From Raphidiopsis brookii D9 (lineage in GTDB: Bacteria > Cyanobacteriota > Cyanobacteriia > Cyanobacteriales > Nostocaceae), in assembly GCA_000175855.1 (NCBI GenBank), contig ACYB01000024.1:1-28497 (forward strand): 28,497 nucleotides of DNA, given 5' to 3'. The position numbers and the translations under genes were made by a program. Below, piece by piece: positions 9,148 to 18,780 of the stretch; the first letter of the stretch is position 1; every line of letters begins with the position of its first letter. The notes beneath the pieces are model-generated. The model did not search any database. It saw nothing but the letters and a program-made list of their open reading frames with translations, and was not told the origin of the DNA.

Positions 9148-9801
9148 TTAATGCAACTGGTTTATGCACAGTGATTTTTTTCTTGTAGATAGAAATAATT
9201 TTTTCTCCCGCAAGTCTCCTAGCAACCTAGTTACCGTCACCCGGGTGGATCCTATTGCTTCAGCGATCGCCTGATGGGATAGTTTGAGGTCGACAGTAAC
9301 CCCATCAGCACAGGGAACACCAAAATCGCGACAGAGAATTAACAGAAAACTGACTAACCGGGAACCCATGTCTCGGTGGGCAAGAGTTTCAATCATCATC
9401 TCCGTTTGCAGAATCCGCGAGGAGAGGCCTCGCAGCATAAGCATTGACAATTCTGGATTTTCCTTGAGGGACTGCTCCACCTGCTCAATCGGGGAAGAGA
9501 GCAATTCTACCGATGTAAAAGCAACAGCATGGTAAAACCTATCTGATTTATTACCTGTCAGCAATGACAAAACACCGAAAACGCTATTTTCCCGTAGCAA
9601 GGCCACTGTTATTTCCTCGCCTGCTTCATACACCCTGGAAAGTTTCACAGCACCTCGGAGAAGAAAATAAACTCGCTCGGCCGGATCCCCGGGAAAAAAG
9701 ATGGTTTTGTTGCGTTCAAACGTCTCTACAACGGGGGGAAAAGCTCCCGTTGCCATTTGACGAAAAACATTTGCCAGGGCTTTATCTTGCATCACGATCA
9801 T
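9148..9801 (-). CDS. ntcA: Global nitrogen regulator NtcA (CRP/FNR family), with the C-terminal 18 aa out of frame relative to canonical NtcA
   Basis: [48 protein letters not shown]... matches Anabaena NtcA as I recall it almost residue for residue, through the HTH ([15 protein letters not shown]). After the A6 run (plus strand T6 at 9199-9204) the tail reads [16 protein letters not shown]. The adjacent frame reads [22 protein letters not shown], with its stop at 9131-9133, which is the canonical NtcA tail. I prefer the start at M7 of the ORF-track product. Confidence 0.93.
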   Translation of the reverse strand: MIVMQDKALANVFRQMATGAFPPVVETFERNKTIFFPGDPAERVYFLLRGAVKLSRVYEAGEEITVALLRENSVFGVLSLLTGNKSDRFYHAVAFTSVELLSSPIEQVEQSLKENPELSMLMLRGLSSRILQTEMMIETLAHRDMGSRLVSFLLILCRDFGVPCADGVTVDLKLSHQAIAEAIGSTRVTVTRLLGDLREKKLFLSTRKKSLCINQLH

Positions 9802-9990
9802 CTCCCTTCCCCTACCCAACGCCGTAAAAACAAAAACTTATTACCTAAGAATACAACCGAAAAACCAAGTTTCGGGTTTTTTCGGTTCAAGATTTGCCAG
9901 ATTTTTAATAACCTCTTAAACAATTACCATAAAAGGGTAACATTTAATTTGACAATATTCTCAATAAGATCAATCGCGTTAACAATTTTT

Positions 9991-10767
9991 ATGCTAAATC
10001 TCTCCGGTAAAAATGCCCTGGTTACGGGGATTGCCAATAGTCGCTCTATTGCTTGGGGTATTGCCCAACAACTACATGCAGCTGGAGCTAATCTGGGAAT
10101 TACCTATTTGCCTGATGATAAGGGTAAGTTCGAAAAAAAGGTCTTGGACTTAGTTGAACCCCTTCAACCTAGTTTATTTCTCCCCTGTAATGTGGAGAAT
10201 GAAGAACAAATCCAATCTACTTTTGACGCTATTCAACAAAAATGGGGTAAGTTAGATATTCTTATTCATTGTCTAGCTTTTGCTAACAAGGAAGATTTAA
10301 GTGGGGATTTTAGTCAAACTTCTCGCTTAGGATTTAATAAAGCGTTAGAAGTTAGCACTTACTCTCTTATTCAGTTAAGTGGGGCAGCCAAACCTTTGAT
10401 GACAGAGGGCGGTAGTATTCTGACTCTTTCCTATTTGGGTGCAGTGCGTGCTATTCCTAACTATAATGTAATGGGAGTAGCTAAAGCTGGACTGGAAGCT
10501 AGTGTGCGTTACTTGGCAGCAGAACTAGGACCTCAAAATATTCGTGTCAATGGTATCTCCGCAGGTCCCATTCGCACCCTGGCTTCTTCTGCTGTAGGTG
10601 GTATTTTGGATATGATTCATCACGTTGAGCAAGTATCTCCTCTCAAACGTACTGTTACTCAACTAGAGGTAGGTAGTGCTGCTGCTTTTTTATGTAGTGA
10701 TTTATCTAGTGGAATTACTGGACAAATCCTATATGTAGATGCCGGATATGAAATTATGGGCATGTAA
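9991..10767 (+). CDS. fabI: Enoyl-[acyl-carrier-protein] reductase (NADH) FabI
   Basis: MLNLSGKNALVTGIANSRSIAWGIA... is a typical FabI N-terminus. The SDR Tyr/Lys region is YNVMGVAKAGLEA, followed by SAGPIRT. I chose the ATG at 9991. The ORF-track extension from 9757 overlaps ntcA and its promoter region. Confidence 0.92.
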   Translation: MLNLSGKNALVTGIANSRSIAWGIAQQLHAAGANLGITYLPDDKGKFEKKVLDLVEPLQPSLFLPCNVENEEQIQSTFDAIQQKWGKLDILIHCLAFANKEDLSGDFSQTSRLGFNKALEVSTYSLIQLSGAAKPLMTEGGSILTLSYLGAVRAIPNYNVMGVAKAGLEASVRYLAAELGPQNIRVNGISAGPIRTLASSAVGGILDMIHHVEQVSPLKRTVTQLEVGSAAAFLCSDLSSGITGQILYVDAGYEIMGM

Positions 10768-10790
10768 CCTAGTTTGGGATATTAACCATC

Positions 10791-10820
10791 ACCGACGTTC
10801 TACGTCGGTTAATGTTTTAA
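10791..10820 (+). terminator. Candidate intrinsic terminator after fabI
   Basis: ACCGACG (10791-10797), loop ttcta, then CGTCGGT (10803-10809), followed by the T-rich TAATGTTTTAATT. Confidence 0.45.
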
Positions 10821-10859
10821 TTGCTTGCTAATAAACTAATAACTAACTATGGGTTCACA

Positions 10860-11456
10860 ATGAGTAAAGAAAGATCTGCTACGGTTAAACGTGTTACAGG
10901 AGAAACCGATGTAACCGTATCCATTAACCTTGATGGTACTGGAATCTGTAAGTCTAATACGGGTATTTATTTTTTGGATCACATGATCCAGCAAATTGCC
11001 TCCCATGGTTTATTTGATTTAGATATTCAAGCTACGGGTGACTGGCAAATTGATGACCACCATACTAATGAGGATGTGGGTATTACTTTAGGTCAGGCTC
11101 TCCATCAGGCAATTGGTAATAAAAAGGGTATTGCCCGCTTCGGTCATTTCATCGCTCCTTTGGATGAAGCACTGATCCAAGTGGCTTTGGATTTCTCCGG
11201 TCGCCCCCATCTCAGTTATGGATTACATATTAGTACTCAAAGGGTGGGAACCTATGATACTCAACTAGTGCGAGAGTTTTTTGTGGCTTTAGTCAATCAT
11301 AGTCAAATGACTCTACATATTCGCCAACTAGATGGTATTAATTCTCATCATATTATTGAGGCTACCTTTAAAGCCTTTGCCAGAGCAATGCGCATGGCCG
11401 TGGAAATCGATCCCCGTCGCGCTCAAACTATTCCCAGTTCTAAGGGCGTACTATAG
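10860..11456 (+). CDS. hisB: Imidazoleglycerol-phosphate dehydratase HisB
   Basis: Canonical IGPD motifs are present: [40 protein letters not shown] prefer the ATG at 10860. The ORF-track start at 10821 is a TTG. Confidence 0.92.
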   Translation: MSKERSATVKRVTGETDVTVSINLDGTGICKSNTGIYFLDHMIQQIASHGLFDLDIQATGDWQIDDHHTNEDVGITLGQALHQAIGNKKGIARFGHFIAPLDEALIQVALDFSGRPHLSYGLHISTQRVGTYDTQLVREFFVALVNHSQMTLHIRQLDGINSHHIIEATFKAFARAMRMAVEIDPRRAQTIPSSKGVL

Positions 11457-11475
11457 TTGATAATAAGATACATTC

Positions 11476-12423
11476 ATGTTTAACAATTCTCCAGCAATCC
11501 TCACCTCTCAGGTGGGCAAGGTTTACCGTACAGGATTTTGGTTGCATCGCAAGATTACATCTCTCCAAAACTGCTCCCTAGAAGTTTATCCAGGAGAAAC
11601 TTTTGGCCTTTTAGGACCTAATGGTGCAGGAAAAACTACTTTGTTAAAAATCTTACTGGGCATAAGTCGTCCTTCTAGTGGTAGAGGATTGTTGTTGGGG
11701 AAACCACTAGGCGATCGCTCGGTTAAACCATTTATTGGTTATTTACCAGAAAACCCGTATTATTACCATTATCTGACTGGCTACGAACTGTTAAAATTCA
11801 CAGCGGGGGATTTACGAATTTCCTCCCGTGTACAGCAACAACTGATAGCTGATCTATTAGAACTAATCGGGTTATCCCAAAATCAAGCTCGCAAACAAAG
11901 GATTGGTTCCTATTCCAAGGGAATGGTTCGACGAATTGGTTTAGCCCAGGCATTGGTCAATGATCCAGAAGTGCTGTTTCTGGATGAGCCTATGTCCGGA
12001 CTTGATCCCTTAGCACAAGGTAAAATAGGAGAAATTATCCTTTCACTTAAATCTTCAGGAAAGACCATCTTTTTGAACAGTCATGTATTAGGAGACATGG
12101 AAGAGATTTGCGATCGCATTGGCATATTAAATCAAGGAGAAATAATTTGCACTGGATCCCTGAGTGAATTATTAGGTGAAGAGAAGGCCTATCACATTCG
12201 GGGTCAAGGAGGGGATAAGGAGATATTGCAAAAAAGATTGGGGGAGGTACAATTTGAACGGGAGGCTATATGGCATGGCATCTTAAAACAAGACTTATAT
12301 GATTTTCTTGCCAGTTTGCGGTTAATGGGTGGGAAAGTGATTAAAATAAGCTTATGTCGTCAGTCATTGGAGGATTTTTTTATTCAAAAGTTATCCCAGT
12401 TATCGGAACCGACTAAAAATTAG
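11476..12423 (+). CDS. ABC transporter ATP-binding protein (ABC-2/DrrA-like ATPase subunit)
   Basis: Walker A is GPNGAGKTT, the signature-like motif is YSKGMVRRIGLAQAL, and Walker B is LFLDEPMSGLD, with an H-loop at SH. No permease gene lies directly adjacent. Confidence 0.88.
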   Translation: MFNNSPAILTSQVGKVYRTGFWLHRKITSLQNCSLEVYPGETFGLLGPNGAGKTTLLKILLGISRPSSGRGLLLGKPLGDRSVKPFIGYLPENPYYYHYLTGYELLKFTAGDLRISSRVQQQLIADLLELIGLSQNQARKQRIGSYSKGMVRRIGLAQALVNDPEVLFLDEPMSGLDPLAQGKIGEIILSLKSSGKTIFLNSHVLGDMEEICDRIGILNQGEIICTGSLSELLGEEKAYHIRGQGGDKEILQKRLGEVQFEREAIWHGILKQDLYDFLASLRLMGGKVIKISLCRQSLEDFFIQKLSQLSEPTKN

Positions 12424-12570
12424 CAATAGCAACCAGTCTTTAACCCCAATTTCTAACCCCAAAATGCGTTTGTTTCATCTTGCTCAAAGTTCCTCTGTTT
12501 GAGTGAGCTGTATAAAGCTATATTTCCAAATTTTTTCAGACGTTATAATGTTTAAACTTTACTCTTACAG

Positions 12571-14388
12571 ATGCCAAGCACAAACTCTCAGGTAAAAATG
12601 GTTAACAAAAACTTCTGGAAACCTATTATCCACTCAAGCACAGCCCTAGTCTTACTGACTACCCTTAATACAGCCTGGCCATTAGTCAGTCTAGCTCAAT
12701 CAAGACTTCAGTCCAAAGTAAATTCTGCTAGTTCTAGTCTATTTACGGATTACCTATTAGGTGGTGGAGATCGGATTCGTGTGAACGTTTTTGAAGCACC
12801 AGAATACACAGGGGAATATCAAATTCCCCCGGGGGGAGAAATCAACATGCCATTAATTGGCAGCATTCCAGTTTCTGGACTAACAACTCAACAAGCAGCG
12901 GACGAAATAGCCAGAAGATATGCTCGATTTCTCAAACGCCCTTTAATTTCAGTAAATCTGTTAGCTCCCCGTCCCATCAACATTTTTGTTGCTGGAGAGG
13001 TGACACGACCTGGGTCCTATAGCTTGAGTTTACAAGGAACAGGAGGTAACAATCCTGGTGTGCAATATCCTACAGTATTAGCGGCCCTGACCACCGCAGA
13101 GGGAGTAACACTGGCAGCGGATGTCACCAAAGTACAACTACGACGTAAAGTCGGACGTTCTGGAGAACAAGTGGTAAATCTCAACCTGAAAGAAATTACC
13201 CAAACTGGAAGAATACCCATAGACATTACTCTCAGAGATGGAGACACCATATTTGTTCCCACAGCCACAGATTTTAATGTAGCTGAATCCCGCAATTTAT
13301 TTGCAGCCAGCTATGCTGCTAGTAGAACCGCACCACGCAAAGTAGCCATTATTGGTCAGGTTGACCGTCCCGGTTCCTATTTTCTAAGTGGAAATGATAG
13401 TGCTGGGTTGCCCACACTGATGCGAGCTATTCAATTATCGGGAGGAATTACATCCCAAGCCGATGTGCGCAACATCAAGATTCGTCGTCCCACTAGAACT
13501 GGTAAGGAACAAACCCTAAACATCAATTTGTGGGAACTACTGCAAAACGGAGATTCAAATCAAGATGTGGTAGTGCAAGAGGGTGACACTATTATAGTTC
13601 CCACTGTAACACAAGTCAACAGAGCAGAGGTAACCCGACTGGCCGCTACCACCCTAGCTGCTAGTAGAACCGCACCACGCAGAGTAGCCATTATTGGTCA
13701 AGTTTTCCGTCCTGGTTCCTATTTGGTTGCAGCAGGGGGTGGAAATGATAGTGGAAATGATAGTGGTGGGTTGCCCACGGTGATGCGAGCTATTCAATTA
13801 TCCGGGGGAATTACATCTCAAGCTGATGTGCGCAACATCAAGGTTCGTCGTCCTCCTACCAGAACTAATAAAGAACAAACCTTGAACATCAACTTGTGGG
13901 AATTACTGCAAACCGGAGATTTAGATCAAGATGTGGTGGTAGAAGACGGCGACACTATTATTGTTCCCACTGCAACAGAAGTGAACACAGCAGAGGTAAC
14001 CCAACTGGCTACCACCACCCTATCACCCGCAACAATCAAAGTGGGAGTAGTCGGGGAGGTAAAAAAACCAGGGGTTACGGACCTTCAGCCCAACAGTTCT
14101 TTAAACCAAGCTTTATTAGCAGCTGGCGGATTCAATGATGCTAGAGCAAGTAGCAGTTCAGTAGACTTGGTTCGTCTTAATCCTAATGGTACAGTTACTA
14201 AACGAGCAGTAAAGGTTGACTTTTCTAAAGGGATCAATGAGGAGACTAACCCTATCCTGCGCAATAATGATGTTATAGTGGTTAACCGTTCCGTTCTAGC
14301 TAGAACAGGAGATGCTTTAGGTGCGGTTACTGCTCCCTTAGCTCCCATATTTAGCGTCATTAGTCTATTCCGACTGCTTGGACTTTAG
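12571..14388 (+). CDS. Polysaccharide biosynthesis/export protein (Wza-like; Poly_export N-terminal region plus four SLBB-type modules)
   Basis: There is a signal-peptide-like N-terminus and the motif GGGDRIRVNVFE...EYQI..GGEINMPLIG.I.V.GLT..Q. Four repeats of the pattern (I/V)xhhGxVxxPG...GD.I.VP follow. An alternative start is the ATG at 12598. Confidence 0.85.
   Translation: MPSTNSQVKMVNKNFWKPIIHSSTALVLLTTLNTAWPLVSLAQSRLQSKVNSASSSLFTDYLLGGGDRIRVNVFEAPEYTGEYQIPPGGEINMPLIGSIPVSGLTTQQAADEIARRYARFLKRPLISVNLLAPRPINIFVAGEVTRPGSYSLSLQGTGGNNPGVQYPTVLAALTTAEGVTLAADVTKVQLRRKVGRSGEQVVNLNLKEITQTGRIPIDITLRDGDTIFVPTATDFNVAESRNLFAASYAASRTAPRKVAIIGQVDRPGSYFLSGNDSAGLPTLMRAIQLSGGITSQADVRNIKIRRPTRTGKEQTLNINLWELLQNGDSNQDVVVQEGDTIIVPTVTQVNRAEVTRLAATTLAASRTAPRRVAIIGQVFRPGSYLVAAGGGNDSGNDSGGLPTVMRAIQLSGGITSQADVRNIKVRRPPTRTNKEQTLNINLWELLQTGDLDQDVVVEDGDTIIVPTATEVNTAEVTQLATTTLSPATIKVGVVGEVKKPGVTDLQPNSSLNQALLAAGGFNDARASSSSVDLVRLNPNGTVTKRAVKVDFSKGINEETNPILRNNDVIVVNRSVLARTGDALGAVTAPLAPIFSVISLFRLLGL
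13315..14022 (+). repeat. Intragenic tandem duplication of an SLBB module (unit 1 about 13315-13656, unit 2 about 13657-14022)
   Basis: The protein units ASRTAPRKVAIIGQVDRPGSY...IIVPTVTQVNRAEVTRLAATTLA and ASRTAPRRVAIIGQVFRPGSY...IIVPTATEVNTAEVTQLATTTL are nearly identical. At the DNA level they differ mostly by scattered substitutions. Unit 2 also carries a 12-nt tandem duplication, GGAAATGATAGT x2, at 13741-13764. Confidence 0.9.
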
Positions 14389-14646
14389 CCGTAGGGGGGT
14401 ATGTCAACACTGATGTGGCTAGACTTGTTAGTTTATTCATGCTACCCCCTTACCACAGACGTTAAAACTACACTTTTACAAGTTTTTATAAGTATAGTGT
14501 AGATATTAAATACATATTAAACATTAAAATATATAATCGAAATTAGCTATATCAGTCTTCCCACTGTAACAATCAGCTAAGTTAGAAGAGAACTAACCTG
14601 AGTTCTCCGTGGCTAAGGCTATAAATATCTACAAATAGGAGGTTAA

Positions 14647-15669
<1,023 letters not shown>

Positions 15670-15779
15670 CTTCTACTGTTTGTATTTCTTATCATTCCTC
15701 TATCATTCGTCTGGGCTTAATTATTCACCAAGTGCCATTTTCCGTAAATCCTGAACCTAAGAAAATCATGGAGTATACT

Positions 15780-16784
15780 ATGTCTAAAAACTTACTAGAT
15801 CAGTTGCGTGAAGTAACAGTGGTTGTAGCAGATACTGGTGATATTCAAGCTATTGAAAAATTTAAACCCCAGGATGCAACAACAAATCCCTCTTTAATTA
15901 CTGCAGCAGCTCAAATACCTGAATATCAACATATTGTTGACCAAACTCTTATTAAGGCTAAGAAAGATGCTGGAAATAGGGCTAGTCACCAAGAGGTGGT
16001 TTCTCTAGCTTTTGACCGCTTGGCAGTTTCCTTTGGTTTGAAGATTCTGCAAATTATTCCTGGTCGGGTTTCTACGGAGGTGGATGCTCGTTTGTCATAC
16101 GATACTGATGGAACTGTGACTAAGGCTAGATATTTGATTTCTGAGTATCAAGCAGCAGGAATTTCTGCAGACCGGGTTTTGATTAAGATTGCTGCTACTT
16201 GGGAAGGCATTAAAGCGGCGGAAATTTTAGAAAAAGAGGGTATTCACTGCAATTTAACTCTATTGTTTGGAATTCATCAGGCCATAGCCTGTGCTGAAGC
16301 TGGAATTACCCTGATTTCTCCTTTTGTGGGACGAATTCTAGATTGGTATAAAAAAGACACAGGCAGATCTAGCTATCCCCCCGCAGAAGACCCTGGTGTG
16401 TTATCGGTAACTAAAATCTATAATTATTATAAGAAGTTCGGTTATCAGACTGAGGTCATGGGTGCTAGTTTCCGTAATATGGGGGAAATTACTGAATTGG
16501 CAGGTTGTGATTTGTTGACTATTTCTCCCGCTTTGTTATCGGAATTGCAAAATACTGTGGCTGATTTACCTCGGAAACTAGATCCCGTAACTACTTCTGG
16601 TTTGTCTATTGATAAAATATCGGTTGATCAGTCCACTTTTGAGCGCATGCATACTGCCGATCGCATGGCTTCGGATAAACTAAGGGAAGGAATTGATGGT
16701 TTTACTAAGGCTTTAATCAGTCTAGAGGAATTACTAACAGCTAGATTAAGTCGTTTAGAAACAGAAATGGTAGGCGTTGGTTAA
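15780..16784 (+). CDS. tal: Transaldolase (TalB-type, about 334 aa)
   Basis: [21 protein letters not shown], the active-site Lys context ATTNPSL and [13 protein letters not shown], and CNLTLLF are present. An alternative ATG is at 15768. The ORF-track start at 15732 is a GTG. Confidence 0.92.
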   Translation: MSKNLLDQLREVTVVVADTGDIQAIEKFKPQDATTNPSLITAAAQIPEYQHIVDQTLIKAKKDAGNRASHQEVVSLAFDRLAVSFGLKILQIIPGRVSTEVDARLSYDTDGTVTKARYLISEYQAAGISADRVLIKIAATWEGIKAAEILEKEGIHCNLTLLFGIHQAIACAEAGITLISPFVGRILDWYKKDTGRSSYPPAEDPGVLSVTKIYNYYKKFGYQTEVMGASFRNMGEITELAGCDLLTISPALLSELQNTVADLPRKLDPVTTSGLSIDKISVDQSTFERMHTADRMASDKLREGIDGFTKALISLEELLTARLSRLETEMVGVG

Positions 16785-16816
16785 ACAACTGAGATTTTGA
16801 ATTTTAGACTGGATGG

Positions 16817-16855
16817 AGAAATTGCCCAGATCCTTCACGGATATAGGCAATTTCT
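16817..16855 (+). terminator. Candidate stem-loop downstream of tal
   Basis: AGAAATTGCC (16817-16826) pairs perfectly with GGCAATTTCT (16846-16855) around a 19-nt loop, 33 nt after the tal stop. There is no strong T-tail. Confidence 0.3.
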
Positions 16856-16973
16856 GATTATGACTTTACATTGAATTTCATGCTATTTTGGAATGTGGAA
16901 AATAAAAATCAACAAAATATTTATACTAGCCGAAAGCAAGTTAATTAAGGATTAGAGAGGGATATCCAAGGTA

Positions 16974-18773
16974 ATGGCGCTCATAGTTCAAAAATACGGT
17001 GGTACTTCCGTTGGTTCTGTGGAACGTATTCAAGCGGTAGCCAGGCGCATCTATGGCACTGCACAGGTGGGAAATTCTGTTGTGGTTGTGGTTTCTGCTA
17101 TGGGAAAAACCACTGATGGGTTAGTAAAGCTGGCCCATGAAATTTCCCCCAGTCCTACTCGTCGGGAAATGGATATGTTGCTTTCCACGGGAGAGCAGGT
17201 AACTATTGCTCTCCTGAGTATGGCTCTACAAGAAATTGGCCAGCCAGCTATTTCTCTGACTGGGGCACAGGTAGGTATTGTTACTGAAGCAGAACATACT
17301 CGCGCTCGGATTTTACACATTGAAACTGAACGGTTAATTAGCCATTTAAATGCTGGTCAGGTGGTCGTAGTTGCAGGTTTTCAAGGAATTTCTAACACTT
17401 CAGCTATGGAAATTACTACCCTGGGACGTGGAGGGTCTGATACTTCAGCAGTAGCTTTGGCTGCGGCTTTAAAGGCTGATTTCTGTGAGATTTACACGGA
17501 TGTACCTGGTATTTTAACTACTGATCCCCGGTTGGTACCGGAGGCTCAGTTAATGAAGGAAATTACTTGTGATGAAATGCTGGAATTGGCTAGTTTGGGT
17601 GCTAAGGTGTTACATCCTAGGGCGGTGGAAATTGCCAAGAATTATGGTGTACCTTTGGTGGTGAGATCCAGTTGGACTGACCAACCAGGAACTTGGGTAA
17701 CATCTAATAAGGTTCAAGAACGGGCCATGATCAATTTAGAGTTGGCTCGCCCTGTGGATGCGGTAGAGTTTGATATTGATCAGGCTAAAATCTCTTTATT
17801 ACGCGTCCCAGATCGACCAGGAGTGGCAGCTCGATTATTTAATGAGATTGCCGATCAGCAGGTGGATGTGGATTTGATTATTCAATCAATTCATGAGGGT
17901 AATTCTAATGATATTGCTTTTACTGTAAATACACCTATTTTAAACCGAGCGGAGGCTGTGGCTTCAGATATTGCTCCAGCTTTGAGAAATAACGATGGCT
18001 CTGATGAAGCGGAGGTGTTTGTAGAAAGGAATACTGCAAAAATCAGTATTTCTGGAGCAGGGATGATTGGCCGCCCCGGAGTAGCTGCTAAAATGTTTAC
18101 TGCTTTGGCTAAAGCTGGTGTAAATATTCAGATGATTTCTACTAGTGAAGTTAAAGTTAGTTGTTTGGTTGATGCAGTAGATTGCGATCGCGCTATTTTA
18201 TCTCTCTGTCAGGAGTTTGAAGTTAATGCGTCTACACGTAATGGTTCTTCTTCGGACTCTATATATTCCACTGTATGTGGTGTTGCATTGGATATGAATC
18301 AGTCCCGACTGGCAATTCGTCGTGTGCCAGATCAACCGGGTATAGCTGCAAAGTTGTTCGGTTTACTGGCTGAATCTAATATCAGTGTGGATATGATTAT
18401 TCAGTCTCAACGCTGTCGGGTAATTGATGGCGTACTTTGTCGGGATATAGCTTTTACTACCAACCGTACGGATGGAGAAAATGCTCAAGCTAAAATCAGT
18501 CAAGTTGCTGCACAGTTAGGATGGGGAGAAGTCATCCTGGATCAGTCCATTGCCAAGGTTAGTGTGGTGGGTTCGGGAATGGTTGGTCAACCAGGGGTAG
18601 CAGCTAAAATGTTCACAGCTTTGGCGCAAAATCAAATTAATATTCAAATGATTACTACTTCAGAAATCAAAATTAGCTGTGTTGTATCAGAAGAAGAAGG
18701 GGTTAAGGCATTACAGATAATCCACACCGCTTTTGGATTAGCTGGAACCCATAAGTTTGTGGTCCCAGCATAA
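16974..18773 (+). CDS. lysC: Aspartate kinase, cyanobacterial long form with a duplicated regulatory region (four ACT domains)
   Basis: The kinase core has [10 protein letters not shown] and [18 protein letters not shown]. Two consecutive ACT-ACT units follow, and the pattern AK(I/V)[17 protein letters not shown]....NIQMI.TSE.K.SC.V occurs twice. Confidence 0.93.
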   Translation: MALIVQKYGGTSVGSVERIQAVARRIYGTAQVGNSVVVVVSAMGKTTDGLVKLAHEISPSPTRREMDMLLSTGEQVTIALLSMALQEIGQPAISLTGAQVGIVTEAEHTRARILHIETERLISHLNAGQVVVVAGFQGISNTSAMEITTLGRGGSDTSAVALAAALKADFCEIYTDVPGILTTDPRLVPEAQLMKEITCDEMLELASLGAKVLHPRAVEIAKNYGVPLVVRSSWTDQPGTWVTSNKVQERAMINLELARPVDAVEFDIDQAKISLLRVPDRPGVAARLFNEIADQQVDVDLIIQSIHEGNSNDIAFTVNTPILNRAEAVASDIAPALRNNDGSDEAEVFVERNTAKISISGAGMIGRPGVAAKMFTALAKAGVNIQMISTSEVKVSCLVDAVDCDRAILSLCQEFEVNASTRNGSSSDSIYSTVCGVALDMNQSRLAIRRVPDQPGIAAKLFGLLAESNISVDMIIQSQRCRVIDGVLCRDIAFTTNRTDGENAQAKISQVAAQLGWGEVILDQSIAKVSVVGSGMVGQPGVAAKMFTALAQNQINIQMITTSEIKISCVVSEEEGVKALQIIHTAFGLAGTHKFVVPA

Positions 18774-18780
18774 TCTGGTT

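Noticed and set aside
9284-9827. Plus-strand ORFs of 83 and 87 aa (9284-9535 and 9564-9827) inside ntcA
   Set aside because: They are antisense to an unmistakable NtcA coding sequence and Arg/Ser-rich with no recognisable motifs. These are typical shadow ORFs.
9757-9990. A 78-codon N-terminal extension of the fabI ORF
   Set aside because: The extension overlaps the ntcA start and promoter region and has no FabI similarity. The canonical FabI N-terminus begins at the ATG at 9991.
9802-9990. Search for an NtcA box (GTA-N8-TAC) and an imperfect A5/T6 hairpin (about 9856-9893) in the ntcA-fabI divergent region
   Set aside because: I found no exact GTAN8TAC by eye. The hairpin needs a bulge and is AT-rich with no clear orientation, so it is not strong enough to call.
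13017-14360. ORFs at 13017-13295(-), 13896-14138(+) and 14085-14360(-) overlapping the polysaccharide export gene
   Set aside because: They are alternative-frame or antisense ORFs within a well-supported 605-aa CDS. Their compositionally biased (Arg/Ser/Thr) products have no motifs.
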